From contig CAWDEM010000008.1 of the NCBI GenBank assembly GCA_963801355.1, positions 1,248,001 through 1,312,000 of the forward strand: a stretch of DNA of 64,000 nt. Direction: 5' to 3'. Below are positions 10,659 to 19,468 of the stretch, piece after piece. Origin of the DNA: Ignavibacteriota bacterium (GTDB lineage Bacteria > Bacteroidota > Ignavibacteria > UBA10030 > UBA6906). Within the stretch, counting starts at the first letter, position 1, and each line of letters begins with the position of its first letter. The position numbers and the translations under genes were made by a program. The notes beneath the pieces were generated by a model. The model worked only from the letters and a program-made list of their open reading frames with translations, searched no databases and was not told the DNA's origin.

Positions 10659-11306
10659 TCAATCTCTAGGCTGGAACGCTACCAGGGCGCCGTTTCGCTC
10701 CACCAGCTCGCGTATTCTTTCTTCCGCGCTGCGGTTCACTTCCTCAAGCATCCCTGAACTCTCCGCTTTCTCGCGCGCAATGGACTGGAGAGTTGTCACT
10801 ACGTTGGTGCGGTCTTCCTCCGTCAGGCGGTTCCACCATCCGTTCTCATCACGCAGCACGGCAAACGAATCCATCTGCATCGACAGCACTTCTGGCCGGG
10901 GCAACCGCGCCGTCACGCTGAGAGGCGAAGGTGTGACATCAATCGCAAACGGCTTCGTGAGATCGTAGCCCGCCTTCGCGGTAAAGACTCCGCGGACACG
11001 AAGGGTTTTTGTGCTCCCGAGCCACGTGTGCGACCATTCGTGGTCCACCATCAGCGGGCGGGAGATCGTGGCAACTTCGAGGATGGGAGAGGTCTGCTCG
11101 ATGATCACGGTTTCGTTGATGGTCACACGCGGGGTCACCTGGAAGAGCGACCGGAATCCGTCTGCCGCGGCGTGCGCAAGTCTCGTGGGCGCCTGGATGA
11201 GCAGACGATAAGCTGTGAATGTCCCGCCGATAAACAGCAGAATTCCCAGGATACCTATGATGGTGACCGCACGGAAGCCTTTCGATTCCGGACCGGACGG
11301 ATTCAT
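10659..11306 (-). CDS. DUF4230-like membrane-anchored protein
   Basis: N-terminal TM helix; VFTAKAGYDL...LPRPEVLS pattern; start overlaps the upstream stop (TGATG). Confidence 0.7.
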   Translation of the reverse strand: MNPSGPESKGFRAVTIIGILGILLFIGGTFTAYRLLIQAPTRLAHAAADGFRSLFQVTPRVTINETVIIEQTSPILEVATISRPLMVDHEWSHTWLGSTKTLRVRGVFTAKAGYDLTKPFAIDVTPSPLSVTARLPRPEVLSMQMDSFAVLRDENGWWNRLTEEDRTNVVTTLQSIAREKAESSGMLEEVNRSAEERIRELVERNGALVAFQPRD

Positions 11307-11671
11307 CACTTCCCTCCCAGGGACCGGAGTCCGGCGAGGCCGAGCGCAATTGCGCCGACCGCAGTTCCCATGATCGGCGTCGGTACGGCGGCAAGAACAC
11401 CCAGCGCGGCTGCCACACCAAATGCTTTCCCGGCGGAATCCTTCTTCAACAGTTTCTGGATCAAGAATGTCGGGATTGCAACTGCGAGGAAGCACGCCGG
11501 GATCGTCACGATCCATGCTATCGCCGCCATGTCGGGGAGCGTCCAGAGCGCATCTATGACGATCAGGAGGAGTGCTGACACTGGGTGGATGAGCGGCGCG
11601 TTTCCAGAAGCAGCGGCGGCTGGTCCTTTCTGTTCAGTGCCTTTTGGAGGAATTTCCGGTAGGGATGTCAC
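11306..11671 (-). CDS. Small hypothetical membrane protein
   Basis: Hydrophobic 121-aa ORF, translationally coupled to the DUF4230-like gene. Confidence 0.65.
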   Translation of the reverse strand: MTSLPEIPPKGTEQKGPAAAASGNAPLIHPVSALLLIVIDALWTLPDMAAIAWIVTIPACFLAVAIPTFLIQKLLKKDSAGKAFGVAAALGVLAAVPTPIMGTAVGAIALGLAGLRSLGGK

Positions 11672-11812
11672 GAAATACCTCGTCGGTTCTACTGATGCCT
11701 TGAGCTATGCTCAAATGATACGCCCGGGAAGGGGGATTGTCAAGCAACGGATTCCGCTACGTCCTGAGTCCTTGAACGTTGGACCCGAACGTTGTGAACA
11801 AGGCATCGATAT

Positions 11813-12208
11813 TCAGTCTTCGACAACAGCGCGCGGCTTCAGCCCCTGCGATTGGAGAAATTCATCTATGTCATCCTCCGGGAAGAAGCCTTCGTGGCGC
11901 ATCAGTTCCCTTCCGCTCGCATCCAGGAACACCTGTGTAGGAATGAGCCGGATTTTGTACTTCACAGCGTACTCTCGCTGGTCATCCTTCCAGACATCAT
12001 AGAAGATGACTTGAAGCTGGTCCCCGAATTTGTCCTCCACTGCTTTCATGACCGGCTGCATCCTGCGGCAGGGAACGCACTTTACGGAGCCCAGTTCAAC
12101 GAACGTGATCCGGGGGGCGGGCGACTGTCCGGAATCTTTCTTGGTTTGTGCTGTGAGCGGTTCGATGAATACGGCGCATACGCTCAGGAAAACGATCAGC
12201 GATTTCAT
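11813..12208 (-). CDS. Exported thioredoxin-family protein (CVPC)
   Basis: Signal peptide, ELGSVKCVPC, IPTQVF; close paralog of 18797..19216. Confidence 0.85.
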   Translation of the reverse strand: MKSLIVFLSVCAVFIEPLTAQTKKDSGQSPAPRITFVELGSVKCVPCRRMQPVMKAVEDKFGDQLQVIFYDVWKDDQREYAVKYKIRLIPTQVFLDASGRELMRHEGFFPEDDIDEFLQSQGLKPRAVVED

Positions 12209-12271
12209 GGCAATCTCCCTGAGTGACATTCAATTGTTGGAGTGCTTCAATTGTTTTCTACTTCTTCGAGG

Positions 12272-13414
12272 TCAGGATGGAGCTTGTCTTCCAAGAGCCC
12301 CCCTGAGCGCTATAAAACCCAAGAGCCCGGCGAGGAAAGAAGCGATCAGAATCGCGATCTTGGATTGCTGCACGATGACAGCATCTTGGAACGCAAGCAA
12401 AGTTATGAAAATCGACATCGTGAATCCAACTCCGGCAAGTATCGATACTGCGGCGATATGCTTCCACTTCAAGTCGCCCGGCAAAGCCAGTATCTTCAAC
12501 CTGGCCCCAGCGAGCGAAAACAGCGTGATGCCAATCGGCTTCCCGAGCATCAAACCAAGCGCAATGCCGATACTGTTGGGTTGCAGCAACGTGGCGTACC
12601 AGCCGGGTGCAATCGTCAGACTCGTATTGGCCAGTGCAAACAATGGCAGGATAACAAATGCCACGGGATAGTGCAAGTAATGCTGCAGGCGATACGAAGG
12701 GGACGTTTCATCTCCTTTGCCGAAGGGTATGAGAAATGCAAGGACAACACCGGTTATCGTGGCATGAATCCCCGAAAGGTGAATGACGTGCCACAGAATG
12801 ACGCCACCGACCAGATAGACAGCCAGATTGTTGATCTTCAGCCGATTGCACGCGAAGAGCACGGCCACGATGAACAGTGCAATTGACAGATGGATCATGG
12901 AGAGGCTGCCTGTGTAGAAGACCGCGATGACAATAATCGCCCCGAGATCGTCGATGATTGCCAGCGCGGTCAGAAACACTTTCAGACTGAGCGGAACACG
13001 GGTGCCAAGAAGGGACAGTACTCCCAGCGCAAAAGCGATATCCGTAGCCATCGGAATGCCCACGCCCGCCTGGGCACTCGTTCCGGCATTCATGGAGTAG
13101 TGCACTAGCGCCGGCACCATCATGCCGCCAATCGCTGCGACGATCGGCAACAGCGCTTTGCGTGGTTGCGAGAGCTCACCTGCGTAAATTTCACGCTCTA
13201 TCTCGAGGCCGACCAGGAGAAAGAATACTGTCATCAAACCGTCGTTGATCCAGTAGGCTATGTTGTGGCCAAAGAACGGGGTTTGCCAGATCGATGAGTA
13301 CAGTGCCACCAGAGGGGAATTCGCCAGTGTCAGTGAGACCACTGTGCTTGCGATAAGAATCATCCCCGACGCTTTTTCGGTCTTGAAAAACTCAGTGAAG
13401 AGTCTTGTCATCAT
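12272..13414 (-). CDS. nhaA: Na+/H+ antiporter NhaA
   Basis: WINDGLM, GLEIERE, PMATDIAFALG, LAIIDDLGAI, GKPIG, GFTMSIFI. Confidence 0.95.
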   Translation of the reverse strand: MMTRLFTEFFKTEKASGMILIASTVVSLTLANSPLVALYSSIWQTPFFGHNIAYWINDGLMTVFFLLVGLEIEREIYAGELSQPRKALLPIVAAIGGMMVPALVHYSMNAGTSAQAGVGIPMATDIAFALGVLSLLGTRVPLSLKVFLTALAIIDDLGAIIVIAVFYTGSLSMIHLSIALFIVAVLFACNRLKINNLAVYLVGGVILWHVIHLSGIHATITGVVLAFLIPFGKGDETSPSYRLQHYLHYPVAFVILPLFALANTSLTIAPGWYATLLQPNSIGIALGLMLGKPIGITLFSLAGARLKILALPGDLKWKHIAAVSILAGVGFTMSIFITLLAFQDAVIVQQSKIAILIASFLAGLLGFIALRGALGRQAPS

Positions 13415-13522
13415 GGGCGCTCGCCTGCCATGCATCTTCTCTCCGTATGAAACAGCGTAGTATGAATATTACTCGAAAGAGCTGGGATTTCCGAGGGCAT
13501 CCCTGTTTGTCCGACCGACGCT

Positions 13523-13750
13523 TCAAAACAGCCCAAGTACTTTTCCCAGCAGCATAAGAACACTTAGACCGATCACCACGAGCACAAAAAGGGGCTGCCA
13601 CGTCAATCCTCGTTCCTCACCTTTGTGGCCTGGAGGTGTGGCCTTCTGAGATACGGGAGACGATTTCTCCGGTGATCGGGATTCAATGACTGGATCAGCA
13701 GTCTGCAATCCTTCAGTAGTCTCGCGATGGTTCTTGCGTTTGTTTGACAT
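13523..13750 (-). CDS. Small protein with C-terminal TM anchor
   Basis: GAGGAG RBS before MSNKRK; hydrophilic N-terminus and hydrophobic C-terminus. Confidence 0.55.
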   Translation of the reverse strand: MSNKRKNHRETTEGLQTADPVIESRSPEKSSPVSQKATPPGHKGEERGLTWQPLFVLVVIGLSVLMLLGKVLGLF

Positions 13751-13883
13751 GATGCACTCCTCGTGTATTGAGCACTCCGGCACAGAGGATCAACGCCGCA
13801 CGGACAACAACGCACGCAGCGGTAGACCTCCGGGCACATGAGGCCAGTTGTACTACATTGGCATGCTTTCTTTTACCGGATAC

Positions 13884-14258
13884 TCAATAATGAGGAGGGG
13901 CCCTGTCAGAACAGGACACCGGGCAAGCAGTGAGAAGCGGAGAGGAAAAACAGGTGTAGGAAACTACTTGAAATTCTTCGACGTGCTCGAATTGCGGTAC
14001 ATCCACAGCGTAGAGGGGTGAAACGACAACAGACTTGACCAGAGGAATATGCCGGCATTCCGTGATTGTCGGGTGAACCGGATCTGTAGCCTTCCCCTGG
14101 AAGTGGTCTACCGCGTTGTTTCCAGTTCCGATAATCGGGAAAGCGGCGCCGGAAAGATGCCCGTACATTCCTCCAAGGTAGAGGAGTGCAAGCATCACTA
14201 TCGCCATGATTCGCACGGTTTTCACAGACTCGTTATCATTCCATTGTTCACAGTTCAA
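13884..14258 (-). CDS. Small exported/membrane protein ending in a RAPP motif (DUF2946-like leader)
   Basis: Hydrophobic N-terminal segment, Cys/His residues, C-terminus CPVSCSDRAPPHY. True start uncertain. Confidence 0.55.
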   Translation of the reverse strand: MNCEQWNDNESVKTVRIMAIVMLALLYLGGMYGHLSGAAFPIIGTGNNAVDHFQGKATDPVHPTITECRHIPLVKSVVVSPLYAVDVPQFEHVEEFQVVSYTCFSSPLLTACPVSCSDRAPPHY

Positions 14259-14420
14259 GTAGAGTTATTGCCGGGAAAATGTCAAGGCCAATCGTAGTCT
14301 CCCACAGATGGCGAGTCGGACATCCGCTGGGCGCTCAGTTCCTACTCCGGGTCTGCCCTTTTCGGATTGCGCACGACTTTTCACCGAGGATCGATGTCTC
14401 GCCAGAACACTCTTCACAGG

Positions 14421-14741
14421 CTATTCTGGACGCTCAATTCTTACCCGCAGTCTCTCGATTATATCGGCCGTCGAAGGAAGTGCCGGACGGTAGTATCTGC
14501 ACGACGGCTTTGATGGAACCGTGGGAGATTCCATACCAAAAAGGTCACGACCATCCACGAGAATCGTTGGGGAACCGAACCCGGAGCGAGGGTCTCCGGC
14601 CTGACTAAGCAGCTCCAGGTCGACCTCGATGGGCGTGACAGTCTTGCCGAGCACACGAAGAGCTTCTTCCAATCTCTGGCGCATGACCGGCGCATGCGGA
14701 CACCCCTTGAAGGCAAGAAATTCAACGGCGATGTCCCTCAT
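14421..14741 (-). CDS. Small thioredoxin-like protein (type found next to alkylmercury lyases; GCPH...SPTILVDGRD)
   Basis: GCPHA, GSPTILVDGRDLF, SCRYY; ATGA overlap with the CDF gene. Confidence 0.7.
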   Translation of the reverse strand: MRDIAVEFLAFKGCPHAPVMRQRLEEALRVLGKTVTPIEVDLELLSQAGDPRSGFGSPTILVDGRDLFGMESPTVPSKPSCRYYRPALPSTADIIERLRVRIERPE

Positions 14742-15634
14742 ACCAATCCTTTCGTCCGGCACGAATCGCACTCAAACTGCAGTGTCGTGTGATTGATATC
14801 ATACTTGTCGTGTAAGCATCGTTCAATCTCAGCGCGTATAGAGGCCGTACGGCTCACTGGGAGATCATCCACATCAATATGCGCCTCAAAATGCGTTTCA
14901 GTATCGTTCATCTTCCACAGGTGCACGTGGTGAATGTTCATCACGCCCGGAATTGCCTCGACTGTTTGCTGTACCACGTTGATGTCAATATCGGGGGGCG
15001 TGGACATCATAATGACGTCAACCGATTCCTTGACAATCTCATACGTCTCTTTGAGGATGTACAGAGAAATCAGAATCGTAAGCGCCGGGTCGATCCATGT
15101 GATGTCGAGGATCATGATAAAGACAGCGCCGATGATGACCGCAAGACTGGAGACGGCGTCGCTTAAAAGATGGAAGTAGGCGGCGCGTATGTTGATGTTG
15201 TCCTTGGACCCTCTCTTGAGCAGCATGGTTCCGGCAACATTAGCTACCAAACCCACGACCGCAACAACAAGCATGAGGTTTCCGGTGATCGGAGTCGGGT
15301 TGGAGAACCTTCCGATCGCCTCCTTGATAAGGAAAAAACTGATGATAATCAGCGTGCTTGCATTGATGATCGCCGCCAGAATTTCAGCTCGTTTGAGGCC
15401 GAAGGTGTATCTCAGGGTCCGCGGCCGTTTGCTCAGCCGGATCGCAATGTAGCTGACGATGATCGCGATGCCGTCGCTGAAGTTGTGCATCGCATCAGAC
15501 AAAAGCGAAAGACTTCCGGAAACAATCCCGCCCACAACCTCAATGACGGTGACAAGGAAGTTCAGGAGCATCGTGATGAGGAGGTTCTTCGTCAACAGAT
15601 TGCCCGACTCTGTCTGAGTGTGATGATTTGCCAT
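14738..15634 (-). CDS. czcD: Cation diffusion facilitator (CzcD/ZitB type Zn/Co/Cd exporter)
   Basis: SLSLLSDAMHNFSD, AAYFHLLSD, HHVHLW, HTTLQFE. Confidence 0.92.
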   Translation of the reverse strand: MANHHTQTESGNLLTKNLLITMLLNFLVTVIEVVGGIVSGSLSLLSDAMHNFSDGIAIIVSYIAIRLSKRPRTLRYTFGLKRAEILAAIINASTLIIISFFLIKEAIGRFSNPTPITGNLMLVVAVVGLVANVAGTMLLKRGSKDNINIRAAYFHLLSDAVSSLAVIIGAVFIMILDITWIDPALTILISLYILKETYEIVKESVDVIMMSTPPDIDINVVQQTVEAIPGVMNIHHVHLWKMNDTETHFEAHIDVDDLPVSRTASIRAEIERCLHDKYDINHTTLQFECDSCRTKGLV

Positions 15635-15754
15635 TTCTTACCTTCGTGCGTAGTGTATTACGCACCGAGAGATGCTGACGCGTTGAACGCGAACACTGTC
15701 GGCGCAGTCGGCGTTAAGCGGGACCTCGGCCTACCCTCCACACCTCGTCTACCA

Positions 15755-16135
15755 TCAGACGGAGGTTTGGCTTGGTTTCTCGAACGCGGTGGCGACCTTC
15801 TTCATTGCCTCTTCGGTCGGCAAATTACGAAGGTCGAGCGGAATAACCTGTTTGTCGAAATCCACGCCAACCGCGGCCAGTGCCTCCTTGTACATCTTAC
15901 GCTGCATCTTCGGATCGCAGCCGCCGACGACGTAGGTCACGCCAGGTTTGGCCACGTCTTGCCAGAAGCGATCGCCATCGTCGACGCACAGTTGTGGATG
16001 AACAATAGTATATTCCACATCCAGCTCGTTGCGAACATAGTTGACAAGGCTCCAGACGTTCAACTGGGAAAAACCCGGGCAATCCCCCCGGCACATGCAC
16101 TGCACAAAGCGTGGCAACTGTTTCTGTTCAGACAT
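15755..16135 (-). CDS. Stand-alone Cys-containing protein resembling the HdrA N-terminal domain
   Basis: VQCMCRGDC, HPQLC, VVGGCDPKMQRKM pattern; AAGGAG RBS. Confidence 0.6.
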   Translation of the reverse strand: MSEQKQLPRFVQCMCRGDCPGFSQLNVWSLVNYVRNELDVEYTIVHPQLCVDDGDRFWQDVAKPGVTYVVGGCDPKMQRKMYKEALAAVGVDFDKQVIPLDLRNLPTEEAMKKVATAFEKPSQTSV

Positions 16136-16158
16136 GATTCACTCCTTGAAGGTGTAAG

Positions 16159-16461
16159 TCATTCGGTTGGTGGGTACTGCTGTCGCAGCTCCTTGATGAC
16201 GAGTTTGATCGCCCTACGATCTGGGAACGAGATCGCGCCCACCGGGCACTGGAAACGGCAACTTTCACAATACACTTCGCAGCAATACGGGTCGGCAACG
16301 ACCACCCGTCCAGATTTTTCACTGTACGCATACGTATCGTGCTTGCATGCCTTGACGCATATGTCGCAACTGCTGCAGAGTTCCTCGTCAATCGTCGGAT
16401 ACCAGGGAATTAGCTTGCGTGGAATACCCAGGTAATCCTTGTAGACCGCTGTCTCTGCCAC
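16159..16461 (-). CDS. 2[4Fe-4S] ferredoxin-like protein
   Basis: CSSCDICVKAC and CEVYCESCRFQCP. Confidence 0.85.
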   Translation of the reverse strand: MAETAVYKDYLGIPRKLIPWYPTIDEELCSSCDICVKACKHDTYAYSEKSGRVVVADPYCCEVYCESCRFQCPVGAISFPDRRAIKLVIKELRQQYPPTE

Positions 16462-16822
16462 GTAGCTAGTCCTTTCTTGCTTAGAAGAAGAGTCCCATTA
16501 GCTCAGCGCGCACATAGGATCGGCGCTCCGCCAGCACTCAATAGTTGTGATCCTGAGGCCACAGTGCCCCGACTGTTTATGCATCACTGTGTTCATGCGA
16601 TAGTCGATCGCCGTGAACGGGCAACGACGTCCTTGACATGCGAGCATCTAGTCTGGGGACGAAAACAGTGTTATCTTCTTCAACAGTTGTCACACCATCC
16701 GGTCGACAGTTGCCGCTGCTTATTTACGGTAGATGAACTCCACACTCTGCGCATGAACCACCAGAACTGTTATTACAATTCCGACGATGCCAAGATCGAA
16801 GAGGCTGTACGTAGATGAGCTC

Positions 16823-17605
16823 TCACACACATCTCAACTTCGCATAGAGCGGCTCCAGCGCCTTGCGGTAGTATTCCCGGATCGAATCCTCGCAAGAGGC
16901 CAGTGGGCGTACGGGGATGAGATCCATCACCTGCGCCGCTGTGAGCCCGGATTCGAATAGCGTTCGTCGCGCACCGTTCGCCATAACCGACACCGCACGT
17001 GTTGCATCGGCTTCCGGGAGGCCGAACTCCATCCCCAGCCGCTTCAGTTCTTCAAGTTGGAACCAGAGGTAGGTCGGACCCATCGCCGCAATCACCGCAT
17101 ATGCCTCGAGGTGGGATTCCGGAACCTCGGGCGCGCTACCCAGGACTCCAAAGAACTCACGCATCGCGTTGCGTTCTGCTTCCGATATTTCCTGTGCGAA
17201 GCAGAACGGGTTATACCCCTGGCCGATGACGGATGGGGCATTGGGAATCATCCGGATGATCCTCCCAAACCCGCCAAGCGCCTCTGTCATGGCAGCAATC
17301 GTGACTTTGGGCGCCAGCGATACCAAGATCGAAGTCCTTCTCAGGTGAGGGAGGAGCGAAGGCAGCACTGCTTTGTACGCGGGAGGATGAATGGCCAGGA
17401 AAACGAGAGACGCTTTAGACACCTCTGCAACGTCTCCCTCACGCATCGGCAATCCAGGCAGGGACAGCTTCAGCAATTCCCTTGCCTCGGGAGCCGGATC
17501 AGCAACAATGATTTCCGAGAATTGTACTCCACCGCGCCGGAACCCCTCAAGCAAGATGCGCGCTACGCGTCCCCCACCGACAAATCCTATTGAAAGGCTG
17601 TTCAT
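16823..17605 (-). CDS. Pyrroline-5-carboxylate reductase-like NAD(P)H oxidoreductase
   Basis: Rossmann IGFVGGGRV, RMIPNAPS, AMGPTY. Divergent from canonical ProC (no SPGGTT). Confidence 0.75.
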   Translation of the reverse strand: MNSLSIGFVGGGRVARILLEGFRRGGVQFSEIIVADPAPEARELLKLSLPGLPMREGDVAEVSKASLVFLAIHPPAYKAVLPSLLPHLRRTSILVSLAPKVTIAAMTEALGGFGRIIRMIPNAPSVIGQGYNPFCFAQEISEAERNAMREFFGVLGSAPEVPESHLEAYAVIAAMGPTYLWFQLEELKRLGMEFGLPEADATRAVSVMANGARRTLFESGLTAAQVMDLIPVRPLASCEDSIREYYRKALEPLYAKLRCV

Positions 17606-17640
17606 GATTTCTGTCTCCGGAGAAGAATCAATAGTTGAAC

Positions 17641-17919
17641 TCATTTCCCATACTTTGTGCGAAGCTCGCGGAGCGTTTGGACAAATTGCTCCATATCCGG
17701 AAATCGAATTGCCCCGGGAGCGCATTTCGTCTCGCACTGACTGCAGCCGACGGTGCATTTATAGGGTAATACGACACGCGTCTGCGCGTCGACCAACGCG
17801 TACACGCTGTTGGGGCAGAAGTCGATGCAAATCCCGCAGTTTGTGCACAAATGCTCATCGATCGTCGGAAACCACGAGATTTCTTCCCGCGGGATGCTGT
17901 CATTCATTCCTTCTGACAT
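17641..17919 (-). CDS. 2[4Fe-4S] ferredoxin-like protein
   Basis: CTNCGICIDFC and CTVGCSQCETKC; shares IPR..I.W.PTIDE.LC with 16159..16461. Confidence 0.85.
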   Translation of the reverse strand: MSEGMNDSIPREEISWFPTIDEHLCTNCGICIDFCPNSVYALVDAQTRVVLPYKCTVGCSQCETKCAPGAIRFPDMEQFVQTLRELRTKYGK

Positions 17920-18091
17920 TATATGCACTCCTTCATGCTCTGAATGTCTGTTATTTATTCCTTTCCCCTATTGGGACACCTCATGCCACATCCTGAGGAA
18001 GGGGAATTCAGCGAATGTGGTTCTCACACTTCTTGATCCAATGGGTTTTGCTCGACATGCACCCGCCGTGAAGGACCTCCTGAGCCATACA

Positions 18092-18793
18092 TCAGAATGC
18101 CGTATAGATGTAATACACGCCGGCCAGGATGACAAGTACCCCTGCAACCCGCTTCAGATATGTTGCACCCTTTGACTGTTCCGTCCATTTGAGATACTTC
18201 TGCACCGTTCCTGCAGCACCTCCGGCTCCCACAATCACAGCGCAGTGCCCCACTCCAAATGCGGCGACAAGAGAGAACGCCTGCAGCATGCTTGCCGTGG
18301 CCACACTGAAGGCTACGCCGAGCACCGGCGCCATATAGGCAAAGGTACAGGGACCCAGGCCGATTCCAAAAATGAGGCCTAACAAGAGGGCCCCTTTCCA
18401 GCCTCGAGCAAACGACGTCCGGGGGACGATCCCACCCCACGGCAGATTAATCACATCCATGAGGTAAAGGCCCACGACAAAGAACACACCGGCGACAATG
18501 AAGTTGCCCCACATCCCGACGTCACCCATCATCCTGCCAATGGATGCGGTGATCGCTCCAATCAATCCGATGGTGATGAGAATCCCGATCGCGAACACGA
18601 AAGAGAGCAGGTATGATCGTTTCACTCCTTCCTGTCCCTGACTGCTGATATAACCGATAACCAGCGGAATGCTTGAGAGATGACAAGGGCTGAGAATAAT
18701 GCTGAGAACGCCCCATCCAACTGCAGCAAGAAGAGCGATCCCGAATGTCTCGCTCATCGCCATCGTCAGCCACGTGAAGAGCTCATCGAGCAT
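18092..18793 (-). CDS. ccdA: CcdA/DsbD-type transmembrane thiol-disulfide electron transporter
   Basis: LSPCHL and GPCT motifs, multiple TM helices. Confidence 0.85.
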   Translation of the reverse strand: MLDELFTWLTMAMSETFGIALLAAVGWGVLSIILSPCHLSSIPLVIGYISSQGQEGVKRSYLLSFVFAIGILITIGLIGAITASIGRMMGDVGMWGNFIVAGVFFVVGLYLMDVINLPWGGIVPRTSFARGWKGALLLGLIFGIGLGPCTFAYMAPVLGVAFSVATASMLQAFSLVAAFGVGHCAVIVGAGGAAGTVQKYLKWTEQSKGATYLKRVAGVLVILAGVYYIYTAF

Positions 18794-18796
18794 GGC

Positions 18797-19216
18797 TCAA
18801 CCCCCGACGCGGATTTGCAGGCCGCGCTTCTGGAGAAGTTTGTCGATTTCTGCCTCAGGGAAGAATCCCTCATGCCGGAAGAACTCCTTGCCGTCCTTAC
18901 CAAGGAAAACTTGCGTCGGAATGACTCGTATGCCGTACTTTTCCGCATACTGCCGTTGATCGGGCTGCCACACATCGTAGAACACCACATTGACCTGCTT
19001 TCCATACTTCTCCCCGATGGCCTTCATGACCGGCTGCATCTGTCGGCAGGGGATGCATTTGACCGATCCTAACTCGACAAATGTCACGAGTGGCGGTGCA
19101 TCTTTGACCGCATTGTTTGACTGGGTACTGCTCTCTCTCGATTGAGCCAACATACTTGCCACAGCCAGAACGCTCACGGCAACCATGAACACGAGAACTC
19201 GATTATGCTGGTGCAT
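18797..19216 (-). CDS. Exported thioredoxin-family protein (CIPC)
   Basis: Signal peptide, ELGSVKCIPC, IPTQVF. Confidence 0.88.
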   Translation of the reverse strand: MHQHNRVLVFMVAVSVLAVASMLAQSRESSTQSNNAVKDAPPLVTFVELGSVKCIPCRQMQPVMKAIGEKYGKQVNVVFYDVWQPDQRQYAEKYGIRVIPTQVFLGKDGKEFFRHEGFFPEAEIDKLLQKRGLQIRVGG

Positions 19217-19457
19217 TGCTCTGTTCCTTCAGCCATTGTAAGAGTTGTGAATCTTTGGGTATAGTTCCGACGCTCTTCAGTTCGCCGTCGATAACCAGTC
19301 CGGGTGTCATCATGATCCCATAGGAGATGATCTCATCGAGATCGGTGATCTTGATGAGATCAAAGTCAAGCCCGTGCGCGACCTTCAATGCCAACAGTCG
19401 TTGTTCGAGCACCTTGCACTTTGAACAGCCTGATCCGAGCACCTTGATGGTCTTCAT
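19203..19457 (-). CDS. Small redox-active disulfide protein (MTH895/thioredoxin-3 family)
   Basis: IKVLGSGCSKC...YGIMMTPGLVIDG. Confidence 0.88.
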   Translation of the reverse strand: MKTIKVLGSGCSKCKVLEQRLLALKVAHGLDFDLIKITDLDEIISYGIMMTPGLVIDGELKSVGTIPKDSQLLQWLKEQSNAPA

Positions 19458-19468
19458 GGCATTGTCGC

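Noticed and set aside
13415-13522. nhaA-associated riboswitch upstream of nhaA
   Set aside because: I could not match the conserved motif by eye; an Rfam scan would be needed.
15170-16435. Long plus-strand ORFs (421 aa here; also 11028..12002, 31882..32991, 35111..36145, 37017..37928)
   Set aside because: Antisense shadows of well-supported minus-strand genes in GC-rich DNA, with no recognisable motifs.
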